64,000 nt of DNA from a virus. The stretch lies in IMG/VR virus record IMGVR_UViG_3300029892_000001; one strand, 5' to 3'. The notes beneath the pieces were generated by a model. It had not been told where the DNA came from. It made no database searches and saw only the letters and a program-made list of their open reading frames with translations. Positions within the stretch are counted from its first letter, which is position 1; each line of letters begins with the position of its first letter. The translations under genes were made by a program, and so were the position numbers. Below are positions 1-9,868 of this stretch, in pieces.

Positions 1-261
1 GATCAAATCGATAAGGCTCGTCTGCTACTCGGGTTGCCCAAAAAGCGGACAAGTAGTCACAAGGAACGAGTCGACAGCGCGAAAGAGGTCGTTGAGACCA
101 TCATCGAAGCGACCGATGCAATTCAATCGCTCAGAGAGACCATCCAAATGGTCGCTAAGTCGAATGCCGAAGTCCACGCTGGACTTCGTGCTGCAATTAA
201 GCGCAGGCAGGAGCTAAACAGGAAGCTTGCAGCAGCATTCGGAATCTCTCTGGACGACTGA
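1..261 (+). CDS. hypothetical coiled-coil protein, 5'-partial
   Basis: Frame open from base 1 to the TGA at 259-261; helical charged sequence. Confidence 0.6.
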   Translation, partial: DQIDKARLLLGLPKKRTSSHKERVDSAKEVVETIIEATDAIQSLRETIQMVAKSNAEVHAGLRAAIKRRQELNRKLAAAFGISLDD

Positions 262-276
262 ACCCTGCTGATACTA
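260..276 (+). promoter_or_regulatory. 17-bp phage motif copy 1 (GAACCCTGCTGATACTA)
   Basis: Matches recurring consensus; directly upstream of ORF 288. Confidence 0.7.
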
Positions 277-287
277 GCAGAGGCGGC

Positions 288-509
288 ATGAAGCACTGGA
301 CAGAGATGAGCCTGGAGGAGATTCTCTGGACGCTCTACACCACAGATAAGAAGGTGTGCGAATGGTGTGGAGGTCTAGGATACAGGGATATAGTGCGAAC
401 CGTTTGGAACCCGTCTCGTCAGAGTCCTGAGGTTGTAGTGGATCAGTACGCCTGTGACGCTTGTCGGGCAACGGGCACTGCGGAATCAGCCCTCAGGCTT
501 CGAGATTGA
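288..509 (+). CDS. small Zn-ribbon protein
   Basis: CEWCGGLG and CDACRATG DnaJ-type CxxCxGxG pairs; GAGG RBS. Confidence 0.6.
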   Translation: MKHWTEMSLEEILWTLYTTDKKVCEWCGGLGYRDIVRTVWNPSRQSPEVVVDQYACDACRATGTAESALRLRD

Positions 510-610
510 TTATCAGCAATATCAATTGATATTCGTTTATAACGAGCGGTTTGGACCGTTTCTACCAGCCGATATAAGTGAATATCAATTGATACGGAGG
601 GAAGGCGGAT

Positions 611-853
611 ATGCCACGCAGGAAGACGCAAGCCGAGCAGATCGCAGAGCGCGAGATCAAGCTCGCAAAAGCGGAGCTTGGAGCGGGATGGAATCATATC
701 AGCGCCAGCCTTCGACAGGGGCTTGTAATGCGAAATATCTTGCTCGTAGTTCTGGGGCAAGACGAATCAATTCCGGCAGACCGAGTTTTGGAGTATGCGA
801 GGGAGTTGACACAGGCCGCGCAGCGAATCTTGGATGAAGAGGAAAATCGGTAA
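611..853 (+). CDS. hypothetical protein
   Basis: ATG with upstream purine-rich RBS, 80 aa. Confidence 0.55.
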   Translation: MPRRKTQAEQIAEREIKLAKAELGAGWNHISASLRQGLVMRNILLVVLGQDESIPADRVLEYARELTQAAQRILDEEENR

Positions 854-900
854 TTAGCGTCTAACTTGGTGTTATCCTTCGATAGAAGGAGACGAGGTAG

Positions 901-1061
901 ATGCTTCCTGCTCACATCATCACTGAAATACGTGAACGTGAAGCCAGGCGCCAGAAAGAACAGCGCCCACACCAACTGTTGAACTACCTCAACCCCCGCT
1001 ATCTGAATTTCCGCGTCCTGAGCCCGCCCCAGAACGTGGAATAGTGATCATCGACTTGTAA
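901..1061 (+). pseudogene. frameshifted small protein (MLPAHIITEIRERE...ERGIVIIDL)
   Basis: RBS+ATG at 901; a plausible C-terminus PTVELPQPP...ERGIVIIDL* lies in a shifted frame after cgcccacaccaact (~964-977). Confidence 0.4.
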
Positions 1062-1379
1062 AAGGGACCACATGTCTGATGACGATTTCGACGCCGATGA
1101 CTTCCTCGCAGGGTTTCTCGTTGCGTCAGCAGGAGACTCGCCCCGATCGAAGAAGGACAAGCTTGGCTGCGTGATCTTCTTTCTGGTCGACGCCGCTATC
1201 CTTGCGGCAATTCTGTGGTACTTTTCACAGGCGTCGTAGGAGGCAACGTGGAAAAGACCTGGACCGGCGGCCTTTGAGCCACTAACATTCAACCACTAAC
1301 GGAGAAGAAAATGATCTTCAGCACGGAAAGGATTGTTCGCGTTTCAGAACTTTAGGTTACCCCAACCGAAAGGAATGAA

Positions 1380-2156
1380 ATGCGTAACGATATCGCTAAG
1401 AAGCTCGTGGAAAGGCCCCGCTTCGGCGGAGACGGTAAGGCGAACCTTCGTTCCGACCGACGTAAGGGCAAGAACCCGGAGAAGTGGGACGATCTCCCGA
1501 AGAAGGAGTCGATGAAGTTCCCCAACATCCGGTACTACAGCGGAAAGTATCTCAACGAGTATTTTCCGCCCTTGAAGGGTTTCCTTCGAAAGAATGTGGG
1601 GCGGCCCTGGAACAAGGTGAATTCGGAAATCCGGGAGCACCTTCGCCCGAGCAGCACCACCCAGAAGCACGTCCTTGACCACCTGTATCGGGATTTTGTG
1701 GAGCTGACGCCCATGTGGATCGATGGGGTTCCCCATCGCTCCGACCTCGGTTACGGTGGCGAATTCATGCCGCTCTCGCCCGGCGAATTCTACGTGGATC
1801 CGCACGGTCTGTTGAAGGCGTTCAAGCCGAAGAAGGGTTATCGAGGTAGGAGGTTCCGGCGTCGTCCCTCCGCTCATGATCCCCGAAAGGTCATCAACGA
1901 CTTCGAGGAATACCGCCAGATCCTGGGTGTTTGGTTCTGGGTCCGTTACACCCATCTTCGTTTTGGCCACAGCGGCTACGACGTGGTTCTCCGGAAGGAG
2001 TTCAAGGTGGGCCCCTACGGATGCATGGAGCTTTCCGGAGCCCACGGTAACGCCACTCACGCCGGAGAGATCGTTCCCGGCTGTGTTCGTCTCGCCGTCG
2101 AGAAGAGGCAGCTCTCGAAGAAGACCATCCGAGACGAAGGTCTCGACAAGCTCTGA
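1380..2156 (+). CDS. conserved basic hypothetical protein
   Basis: 258 aa, biased codon usage, VGRPWNKVxSEI motif recalled from uncharacterised bacterial proteins; followed by terminator. Confidence 0.75.
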   Translation: MRNDIAKKLVERPRFGGDGKANLRSDRRKGKNPEKWDDLPKKESMKFPNIRYYSGKYLNEYFPPLKGFLRKNVGRPWNKVNSEIREHLRPSSTTQKHVLDHLYRDFVELTPMWIDGVPHRSDLGYGGEFMPLSPGEFYVDPHGLLKAFKPKKGYRGRRFRRRPSAHDPRKVINDFEEYRQILGVWFWVRYTHLRFGHSGYDVVLRKEFKVGPYGCMELSGAHGNATHAGEIVPGCVRLAVEKRQLSKKTIRDEGLDKL

Positions 2157-2162
2157 AACAAC

Positions 2163-2213
2163 AAAACCAAACGGCGGAGGGTGCCAATCAGGTATCCTCC
2201 GCCGTTTGGTTTT
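2163..2213 (+). terminator. intrinsic terminator
   Basis: AAAACCAAACGGCGGAGG...CCTCCGCCGTTTGGTTTT long stem after the stop. Confidence 0.7.
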
Positions 2214-2350
2214 GAGTACGGAGACAGACACATGGAATTCGGGGAATATGCCTACCTATACACGGTCGACGATGAATGGGTGGCAACTCACCGCTCCGTA
2301 AACAAACTCGTGAAGCTCACGCCCGAAATGTGCGAATAGGAAACGAAACC

Positions 2351-4423
2351 ATGACTCTTTTCTCTGCGTTCGCTCGCATAGTCGCCGCCTCTTTCCAGGA
2401 CATCGTGAAGAACAACGCCGTCTTCGTCGCAGATTTGGACGGTGACGCCCTCTGGTCGACATACCTGGCGTCCTTCCCGGAGGGGACCGACCCCATTTTC
2501 AAGGTGCGCACCGAGCATGACTGCTCGTGCTGTCGAAATTTCATCCGCCGTGCCGGCTGTGTGGTTACCCTCTCGAATGGAAAGGTGCGTACTATCTGGG
2601 ATCACGCAGCAGAGCGTGCCCCTGAGCACTATGCCACAGTCGCTGCGGCGCTTCGGAACGCCGTAAATTCGGTGGGCATTCGCGACATCTTCCGTGTCGG
2701 GAAGAATGAGACGCAGTTCGGCGCGCAGCAGTCGCACTCGCTCGACAAGGAGTCGCATAAGGCCCTGACCTGGGAGCACTTCTATACGGAGGTGATCCCG
2801 CATGGCTTCCGTTCCGCTACTCCGGACGCCGATCGCGGAAATTACCGGACCACGGTCCATGTCTTCGAGCGTGGTCTTCTCGAACTCACGCCCGATGCCG
2901 TCAGCACCGTCCTCTCTCTTATCGAGAGCAACAGCTTGTATCGCGGCGAGGAACACAAGCGTGCCGTTGTCGAATTCCAGAAGATGCAGCGCGATTTCCT
3001 ATCGAAGAAGGCTGCAGAGCGTTTGCTCTTCACGTGGGCGAATGCTGGCAGTCCTGCTGCCAGGTTTCGTAATACTGTCATCGGCACTCTAGTTCAGGAT
3101 CTCTCTGATGGTCAGGAGCTTGAACGTGCGGTGCGTAGCTTCGAGACGAAGGTCGCTCCACAGAATTATAAGCGGACGACGGCCCTCATCACGCCTGGAA
3201 TGGTTAAGAAGGCGATGGAAACCATCGAAGCACTAGGCCTTGAACAGGCTCTGGAGCGTCGGTTCGCTGTCATCGGCGATGTGTCGGTGAACGACGTGAA
3301 ATGGGTCGATGGTGCTGCTCGCCCCCTGATGAAGGGCGGCATCGGCGACGTGCTCATGAAGCACGCCAGGGCAACGGCCCAAAGCCACACAAAGGACGAA
3401 GAGCGCGCAGAGGACATCTCGCTCGAAGACTTCATGACCAGCGTGCTTCCCAAGACGCAGGCCATGGAAGTCTTCTTCACCGGGAAGCACCTCGGGAACC
3501 TGATGGCCCTGACGGCGCCAGTGTATCCGGAACCGAAGCAGCTCTTCCGCTGGACCAACGACTTCGCGTGGTCCTATGGTGGCAACGTCGCCGACTCGAT
3601 CAAGGAGCGCGTGAAGAAGGCCGGCGGCAAGGTGGATGGTGCGATCCTCCGGGTCTCGCTGTCGTGGTTCAACTACGATGATCTCGACCTCCACATCCAC
3701 GAGCCCTCGGGGCGCGGAATGCGGGGCCTGAGTGACCACATCTACTTCGGGAACAAGCGTGGCTGGACAGGCGGCACCCTCGACGTCGACATGAACGCCG
3801 GCCGCGGCACGACGCGCGAGCCCGTCGAGAACGTGGTATGGGCGACCCAGCCGCCGGATGGGCCGTACCGAGTCGTCGTGAATAACTACACCTTCCGCGA
3901 GAGCAGCAACCCCGGGTTCGTCATCGAGGTGGAGAGCGAGGGCAAGCTCACGCACTACTCGTACAACAAGCCGGTCCGCAACCATCAGAATGTCACGGTG
4001 GTGACGCTGCACATGAGGAACGGCGTCATCGAGCGCATCGAGCCGGGCGACTCCGGCATCACGGCCTCGAACATCTCTCAGGAGAAGTGGGGCCTGACGA
4101 CCGAGCAGTACGTCAAGGTTAACATGGTGATGCTCAGCCCGAACTACTGGGGTGACAACGCCGTGGGGAACAAGCACACCTTCTTTGTCCTGGAGGGCGC
4201 GAAGAGCGACGAGGACATGCGCGGGTTCTACAACGAGTTCCTCCACCCGCGTCTTGAAGAGCACCGGAAGGTGTTCGAGGTCATCGGCGACAAGACCAAG
4301 TGCCGCCCCACGGATGGGCACCTGGCTGGTCTTGGCTTTTCTTCCACTAAGAAGGACACGTTCCTCGTCCGCGCCCAGCAGGGCAAGAAGCAGCGCATCT
4401 TTAACATCCACGTCGGTATCTGA
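2351..4423 (+). CDS. large phage protein with HDCxCC motif and YfaP/DUF2135-like domain
   Basis: 690 aa; LRVSLSW..DDLDLH and LDVDMN...PVENVVW motifs typical of YfaP-like domains. Confidence 0.65.
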   Translation: MTLFSAFARIVAASFQDIVKNNAVFVADLDGDALWSTYLASFPEGTDPIFKVRTEHDCSCCRNFIRRAGCVVTLSNGKVRTIWDHAAERAPEHYATVAAALRNAVNSVGIRDIFRVGKNETQFGAQQSHSLDKESHKALTWEHFYTEVIPHGFRSATPDADRGNYRTTVHVFERGLLELTPDAVSTVLSLIESNSLYRGEEHKRAVVEFQKMQRDFLSKKAAERLLFTWANAGSPAARFRNTVIGTLVQDLSDGQELERAVRSFETKVAPQNYKRTTALITPGMVKKAMETIEALGLEQALERRFAVIGDVSVNDVKWVDGAARPLMKGGIGDVLMKHARATAQSHTKDEERAEDISLEDFMTSVLPKTQAMEVFFTGKHLGNLMALTAPVYPEPKQLFRWTNDFAWSYGGNVADSIKERVKKAGGKVDGAILRVSLSWFNYDDLDLHIHEPSGRGMRGLSDHIYFGNKRGWTGGTLDVDMNAGRGTTREPVENVVWATQPPDGPYRVVVNNYTFRESSNPGFVIEVESEGKLTHYSYNKPVRNHQNVTVVTLHMRNGVIERIEPGDSGITASNISQEKWGLTTEQYVKVNMVMLSPNYWGDNAVGNKHTFFVLEGAKSDEDMRGFYNEFLHPRLEEHRKVFEVIGDKTKCRPTDGHLAGLGFSSTKKDTFLVRAQQGKKQRIFNIHVGI

Positions 4424-4449
4424 ACCACAACAGACAGGAGATAGAGAAC

Positions 4450-4860
4450 ATGAACAGCAACGATCTCTTCGAGTACGCCACCCGCAACAAGCTCCGCTTC
4501 ACGTCTACGCGTGGTGAGCTGTCAGTTGAGGCGCTCTGGGATGTCCCGCTGCGCTCGACCGACGGCTTCAACCTCGACGCCATTGCTCGTGCTGTCAACA
4601 AGGCATTCAAGGACGCGACCGAGGAGAGCTTCGTGTCGACTGCCAAGACCCCGGCTCACACCCGGCTGGAGATGACGCTCGAAGTCGTCAAGCGCGTTAT
4701 CGCGGTCAAGCTCGCCGACGAGGAGAACGCAAAGCGTCGCGCAGAGAACAAGAAGGAGAGGGAGAAGCTGCTCCAGATTCTCGCCGAGAAGCAGGACGGC
4801 AAGCTTTCCGCACTCTCGGAGAAGGAACTTCAGAAGCGGATCGCCGCTCTCGAATCCTGA
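4450..4860 (+). CDS. conserved phage coiled-coil protein (partner of upstream YfaP-like gene)
   Basis: LFEYATRNKLRF...GELSVEALWDVPL N-terminus, coiled-coil C-terminus. Confidence 0.75.
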   Translation: MNSNDLFEYATRNKLRFTSTRGELSVEALWDVPLRSTDGFNLDAIARAVNKAFKDATEESFVSTAKTPAHTRLEMTLEVVKRVIAVKLADEENAKRRAENKKEREKLLQILAEKQDGKLSALSEKELQKRIAALES

Positions 4861-4872
4861 GCGGAGCGCTCC

Positions 4873-5235
4873 TTGCCGCATCTGCATAGGCTGACAACAG
4901 AGGCATTGGTCAGGAAGGTTCAAACCTTCCTGACCGATGACCTGCGTCAACCCCCATACAGAGGAAACCCCAACCCGCTAGCTGGGCACTGTTATGTTGC
5001 GAGTGAGGTGTTATTCCACCTCCTCGGAGACGAATGGAAACCGTGCTTCATATGGCATGAAGGGGAGCCTCACTGGTTCTTGAAACACCGCCGTACCGAT
5101 AGAGTTCTCGACGCGACGGCAGGCCAATTCAAGACTCCAGTGCCGTACGAAAACGGCCGAGGCAAAGGATTCTTGACTCCGAGTACCGGCGCGACGGCCG
5201 GCCCATCGGCGCCGAGGACCCGGAGGCCGGGATGA
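4873..5235 (+). pseudogene. phage hypothetical protein with C-terminus replaced by foreign sequence
   Basis: GHCYVASE...HWFL...GKGFLT, then abrupt GC rise at ~5180. Confidence 0.5.
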
Positions 5236-5251
5236 GCGTTGCGAGGTGAGC

Positions 5252-5420
5252 ATGTCCTTCAGCCAGTTCGACGACGACATCGAGGCCCACGACACCCGGC
5301 GGTTCGGGATGTACGTCGGCTACGTCACCCACCGGAAGGACCCCGAGGGCCTCGGCCGCGTGCGCGTGTGCATCCCGGGCGTGCTCGAACCGCACAGCGC
5401 GTGGGCCTGGCCGCTCGGGT
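5252..5420 (+). pseudogene. N-terminal fragment of baseplate assembly protein V / gp5-OB-like protein
   Basis: [23 protein letters not shown]...SAWAWP motif, truncated at ~5420. Confidence 0.7.
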
Positions 5421-5897
5421 ACGCTCGAACGTCGTCACGCGGACGGTCCCGCCGGCGTGCGGCTCCGAGGTGATGCCGCCGCCGAGATCTGGAAGCCCTT
5501 TGAGGGCGCGCGGCGGCCGGACCGCCACGAACTCGCTCCCCTGGAAGGTCAGCGGACGCACGTGGCTGCGAGTGAGGACGGTGAAGCGGTGCCACACCGA
5601 GTACGTCTTGCCCCGGAACTGCAGCGCGGCGTGGTAGGCGACGGCCGCATCGGGGGCGAGCTTGGTCGCCAGCAGGAACGGATCCACCTGGAACGTGTCC
5701 GGCGTCGCGCCGGCCGGTACGGACGCGTACAGCCCCCGGCGGACGCGTAGGATCCTTCCGGCGGCGGCATGGCGGGTGAGCAGGCTGTCGGCCGTCCGAG
5801 GGCTCCGGTCCCCACGCCCTCCGCGTGCCGCGAGGTACTCCTCGTGCGTGAACACGGGGTGGGTGGCGAAGAACTCGGCGGATCGCATGGTTGCCAT
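5420..5897 (-). pseudogene. abiEi: truncated type IV TA AbiEi-family antitoxin/regulator
   Basis: [31 protein letters not shown] motifs; truncated right after ERT; no abiEii. Confidence 0.7.
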
Positions 5898-6038
5898 CTC
5901 GAAGCGGTACGCGGATCAAAGGTACGCGTAACGACCGCGATTGGCAAGTCGAGATGCGAGCCCACTTGCCAGAATGATGCGAAAGGCGGACATTAAGTCC
6001 GCGCTTCGCTGTCGAACGGCAAGTAGCCGACATCACCA

Positions 6039-6419
6039 TTGCTGCAAAAAGCAATCGGACGATACGCCAAACTATCGCTGGTGAAGAAGCGCCAAGATAA
6101 TGGTGCAGTCGAAGTTCGTGAGGCCCTTCACCGGAAGCGGCACGGTAACATCGTTACTGTCTGCGGCATCAATCTAGATGCTTGCGTGATGGATACTGTT
6201 ACTGGTCTTGTCTGTGCTGGTTTCAAGTGCAGAGTGATCCGAGAAGCCACTGCGAACACTTGGGACAACGTGTACATCGCAGACGCAAGATTTCCCGCAC
6301 GTGTAGCTCAAAACTCTGCGTACTTCACGTCCACGGGGGCCCGTGCGAGGGGTGGGGGCAACGAAGGGCTCAAGGGCATAGGCCGAAACGTGCGAATCGT
6401 TAGCCTAAAGAACGCCTGA
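6039..6419 (+). pseudogene. C-terminal part of isochorismatase/cysteine-hydrolase family protein
   Basis: VCGINLDACVMDT...CRVIREAT motif; N-terminal catalytic Asp region and RBS missing. Confidence 0.55.
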
Positions 6420-6428
6420 GGGATCTAC

Positions 6429-6887
6429 ATGAAGTTTCGATGTCGAATGGTGAAGCCGAACCAAACTGCGTGGTTTGAAGTGGAAGCCGAGACCTGGGAA
6501 GACGCAGTCCAGGACCTTCATTTCTACTCTTTCGACCGAGCTGGCATTTCGGTGGTAGTATACCCTGAACAGAATCCGTTCGGTGACCACCGGCTAGACG
6601 TAAACCTTGCGCTGATGGAAGCGGAAGGACACGGACAAGTAGTCACTCGGGTATTCCACTCCGGAATCTATCGCAAGGGCGGGGTGAGACCGCATTACAA
6701 GCCTCTAAATGCAAAGCTCAAAGAGGTGGCAGATGTATTGGGCTGGGAACATGAGCCGCTGAATCTCATTGAACCGAACTGGGATCTAGAGAGCGACAGC
6801 AGGGATGGGTGGGAGGCCCGGTCCAACCGCAAGTACTACCCTAAGGCGGACTCCGAACCCGATCAGTTTGATCCTGAAGGCGGGTGA
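6429..6887 (+). CDS. hypothetical protein
   Basis: 152 aa with RBS. Confidence 0.65.
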   Translation: MKFRCRMVKPNQTAWFEVEAETWEDAVQDLHFYSFDRAGISVVVYPEQNPFGDHRLDVNLALMEAEGHGQVVTRVFHSGIYRKGGVRPHYKPLNAKLKEVADVLGWEHEPLNLIEPNWDLESDSRDGWEARSNRKYYPKADSEPDQFDPEGG

Positions 6888-6891
6888 GCGT

Positions 6892-6906
6892 CAAAGCCTT
6901 TTAACA
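6892..6906 (+). repeat. CAAAGCCTTTTAACA 15-mer copy
   Basis: Identical copies at 30982 and 47118, variant at 61955; all intergenic. Confidence 0.7.
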
Positions 6907-6917
6907 TCGGAGCCTCC

Positions 6918-7559
6918 ATGGCCAAAAAGCTCAAGGAAGTTGACTACAAGTCTGTTCCGATACGTGGTGTAGAGGGAAAGACCATTCGTCGAGTCTACAA
7001 ATCAGACTCAGGGTGGAAAAGCACGGCTTGTCGCACCAAAATTCCTCCGCTTTCGAAGCTCACGAATTTCAACTTGAAATTCGGAGATCAGACGCTTCTT
7101 GTCCTCGATCCGTACGGAAACGAGCTTCTGACAGAAGAAGTTAGCACAAGAATCTTTGGTGGCATTTCGTACAGATCTCCCGGGTGGACTATTGCGATCT
7201 GCCGAAAGAGCGGACAAATCTACCAGATCGGCTACGGAACAGAACGAACCGATCGCGGCTCCAAAAGAAAGCTCGTTGCTGTCTACTGGGATTTTTATTC
7301 TGACGGTGGGGAGGAAATACGAGTCCCTTCGCAGTATCTTGACCGACTCGACGAGTTGAAATCTTCGAAGCGCCCATTTTGCGTAACATTCGCAGAGCAC
7401 GCGCTACTCAACTTCATGACCCAAGAATACGGGTACAACGACATGAGGGACAACCTTGTTGTTCGTCTGAACTTTAGGGATATTTCCCTAGAGATTGAAG
7501 GGCACTACTACCGTGAAGTGGGCCGCTGGGAAGTTAGTCAGACGGAGGAAGCAGTATGA
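6918..7559 (+). CDS. hypothetical protein
   Basis: 213 aa, GGAG RBS. Confidence 0.65.
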   Translation: MAKKLKEVDYKSVPIRGVEGKTIRRVYKSDSGWKSTACRTKIPPLSKLTNFNLKFGDQTLLVLDPYGNELLTEEVSTRIFGGISYRSPGWTIAICRKSGQIYQIGYGTERTDRGSKRKLVAVYWDFYSDGGEEIRVPSQYLDRLDELKSSKRPFCVTFAEHALLNFMTQEYGYNDMRDNLVVRLNFRDISLEIEGHYYREVGRWEVSQTEEAV

Positions 7560-7801
7560 AACGCTCGATGCATACCACTGACCGAGCCGTGCATTCGTCA
7601 CTGCGCAGCCTCCTGAAGCTATTCGGCGGGGCTTGGCTCGCCTGGATGCTGTTGTGCTGTGTGCTGAGCGGTGCTATGATTTCTGGTATCGGCTACGCTA
7701 TCTACTGGGGACTCTCCCTAGCAGAACGCGCAGTTGAGGTACAGGAAAGTGGCCGAGGTTCAGTGGAAAGCCAGCCTGAAGCACCTGCAAGTCGCCCTTG
7801 A
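7556..7801 (+). CDS. small membrane protein
   Basis: Hydrophobic segment; ATGA overlap with previous gene. Confidence 0.55.
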   Translation: MKRSMHTTDRAVHSSLRSLLKLFGGAWLAWMLLCCVLSGAMISGIGYAIYWGLSLAERAVEVQESGRGSVESQPEAPASRP

Positions 7802-7909
7802 GCGGGTGATTCACAATTTCTCCGAGCATACTGGGATCGGAAAGAAAGTTGCTGCGGCTCACGTGGAACGGATAGCTAAAGATATCCGCGAACGTGAGGA
7901 AAAGAAACG

Positions 7910-8194
7910 ATGATCGTCTTCTTCAAAGCCCGCACAGAATTCACCGATCGCATAACTCGTGACTTCTGGAGGAAGCTCCGGAAGAACATCGATCCCTTTC
8001 TTAAGCTTACCGCAGTGGGTGGAGCCAAGCAGGGCCATTTCTCTGGTACACTACCCATCGAGCTTGAAAATCCTTCGGACGAAGAGCTGGCTTATGAAAT
8101 CACTTCGGCTCTTGTTCAGAAGGTCGAGCTGCTTTCTGCGGTCGGGGTAACGAACATCGAATTCGACGAAATCACAGTGGGAGTCCTTTCATGA
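7910..8194 (+). CDS. hypothetical protein
   Basis: RBS; coupled to next ORF. Confidence 0.55.
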   Translation: MIVFFKARTEFTDRITRDFWRKLRKNIDPFLKLTAVGGAKQGHFSGTLPIELENPSDEELAYEITSALVQKVELLSAVGVTNIEFDEITVGVLS

Positions 8195-8538
8195 CGGAAC
8201 ACGTTTTGGGAAATACGTTTGTGAAGGAGCACATTGCTGACCAACTGGACGATTTCCTCCACATGCACCGGAGGCGAGCAGTCCATTTCAACGTGGCACC
8301 GCGCTACACCCCGGGGAGTCCTGCCCCTGTGGACATGGACACTGCCTTGCGTGTAGCCTCCGACGAGGAAGGCGGGTATCAGCATGCCCACGTCGGTCGC
8401 TATGGTGCTAAGTACCAGGAAATCGCCCAGAAGTTGGGAACGCTTGGGATCGTCGAGGTGAGGGCGGAGACCCGGAAGGGCTGGGACGTCCTCGACTTAC
8501 TGACTGGCGAAAGATTCACGCGGCCGTTTCGCTCATGA
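8191..8538 (+). CDS. hypothetical protein
   Basis: ATGA overlap, 115 aa. Confidence 0.6.
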   Translation: MTEHVLGNTFVKEHIADQLDDFLHMHRRRAVHFNVAPRYTPGSPAPVDMDTALRVASDEEGGYQHAHVGRYGAKYQEIAQKLGTLGIVEVRAETRKGWDVLDLLTGERFTRPFRS

Positions 8539-8682
8539 GCGACTTATTCGCCTGTGTGGCATGTGGGTGCACCGTCTATTGTGACGGAGACGGGCGGTGG
8601 CGACACTGTCTCGAAGACGGAACGACCACCGAAGAAACCGAAGCTCAGGATCAAGATCACGTAGCAGAGCCCGACGAAGACT

Positions 8683-8699
8683 GAACCCTGCCGATATTA
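8683..8699 (+). promoter_or_regulatory. 17-bp motif copy 2 (GAACCCTGCCGATATTA)
   Basis: Consensus match upstream of ORF 8742. Confidence 0.7.
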
Positions 8700-8741
8700 A
8701 AGCCTTGACCGCCGGAGTCCCGGCAGAAAGGCGAAAATTCA

Positions 8742-9452
8742 ATGCTAATCCAGCGTTTTCGACGCGAGGAGCACGAAGACTATGGGGAGGATGGCTGGCT
8801 CCTTGTAGGAGCACCGTCGACGTACGTCCCGCTCTGGGGGATGGGCGTCGCGCACGATCTTCTCGAACATCGACGGAATGACACAGGCACCGTCGAGGAA
8901 GAGCTGCTGGCTTTCGGGGCCGCCCTCTACGTCCGTGGAGAGGGCGGCTATTGGAATCGTAAGGCAAGTGGCCTCTGCCCCGGTACTCACGTCGGTGAGG
9001 AGATCGGACGCGATCTGGGTCTGAAGTATGGGGGCATCGAGAATGGAATCGATGACCCCGGACGGACCACCCGACTGGACGGTCATGTCGAAGAATGGAT
9101 CGAGACGGCAGTCCGAGAAGCGCGAAAGGCAATCCGAGAGGATTGCGAGGACTGCGAAGACTGCAAGGACACGTCTTCACAAGACGCGGGGCGATGGGGC
9201 CATGTCGTAGAGCTTTTTCTTCGTCGGGTCGTTGGGTGGTTGCGTCGTGGGTATCGACTTGCGGCCCGGCGCTACTACGGAATCAGCCCATACAGGCTTG
9301 CGACCATGTTCGCCGAGATCGAGCAAAAGGCAGACAAACTACTTCGAGACGACATGTCGTCTTACTGCGAGATGGTAATTCGTCTCGATGTTCGAAAGGG
9401 ACGGGTCAGCGTGTACCTGGATGAGTCAGGCCTTGACGAATGGGCAGCATGA
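8742..9452 (+). CDS. hypothetical protein, possible metalloprotein
   Basis: 236 aa; AHDLLEH motif; EDC x3 repeat. Confidence 0.7.
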   Translation: MLIQRFRREEHEDYGEDGWLLVGAPSTYVPLWGMGVAHDLLEHRRNDTGTVEEELLAFGAALYVRGEGGYWNRKASGLCPGTHVGEEIGRDLGLKYGGIENGIDDPGRTTRLDGHVEEWIETAVREARKAIREDCEDCEDCKDTSSQDAGRWGHVVELFLRRVVGWLRRGYRLAARRYYGISPYRLATMFAEIEQKADKLLRDDMSSYCEMVIRLDVRKGRVSVYLDESGLDEWAA

Positions 9453-9865
9453 TGACCGTACGAAGAGTTGACGATGACGTGCTTCGAAGCTTGCGGGAGG
9501 AGGCCGAGGCGCAGTTGGCTGAGCCAGACCACGAAGACCCGGTCATCGCGAACTACGACTACCCAGCACAAGTTTCGCCTCGGGACCTCATTGCTGTACT
9601 AGACGAGTTGAAGGAGCTTCGTACGAGACTTTCGGCCGCAAACCGAAAGTATCTTGGTCGATTGCTCGATGAGTACTGGTGCGCTGCTCGCGAGTCTGAG
9701 AGGCAAGAGTCTGTCGCTTTCCACGCGAATACTCGGCCCATCAGCGATGAATACAGGAAGCGCTTGGTGGTCGAAGTAGACCTTGCCAGAGAGAAGGCTG
9801 CTAAGACCCGAGCACAAATCGACCAAGAGCTAAACGCATTGTTCATCGGTAAGGAGGAGTGTTAG
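9449..9865 (+). CDS. hypothetical coiled-coil protein
   Basis: ATGA overlap. Confidence 0.6.
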   Translation: MMTVRRVDDDVLRSLREEAEAQLAEPDHEDPVIANYDYPAQVSPRDLIAVLDELKELRTRLSAANRKYLGRLLDEYWCAARESERQESVAFHANTRPISDEYRKRLVVEVDLAREKAAKTRAQIDQELNALFIGKEEC

Positions 9866-9868
9866 AAA

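Noticed and set aside
3233-4411. Long minus-strand ORFs (3233-4411, 1344-2231, 54512-55546, 49187-50047, 61754-62644)
   Set aside because: Antisense shadows of GC3-rich plus-strand genes; no RBS and no motifs.
5183-5422. GTAC at two junctions of the foreign segment as a specific target site
   Set aside because: GTAC also occurs several times inside the segment and not at the third junction (~6038); chance cannot be excluded.
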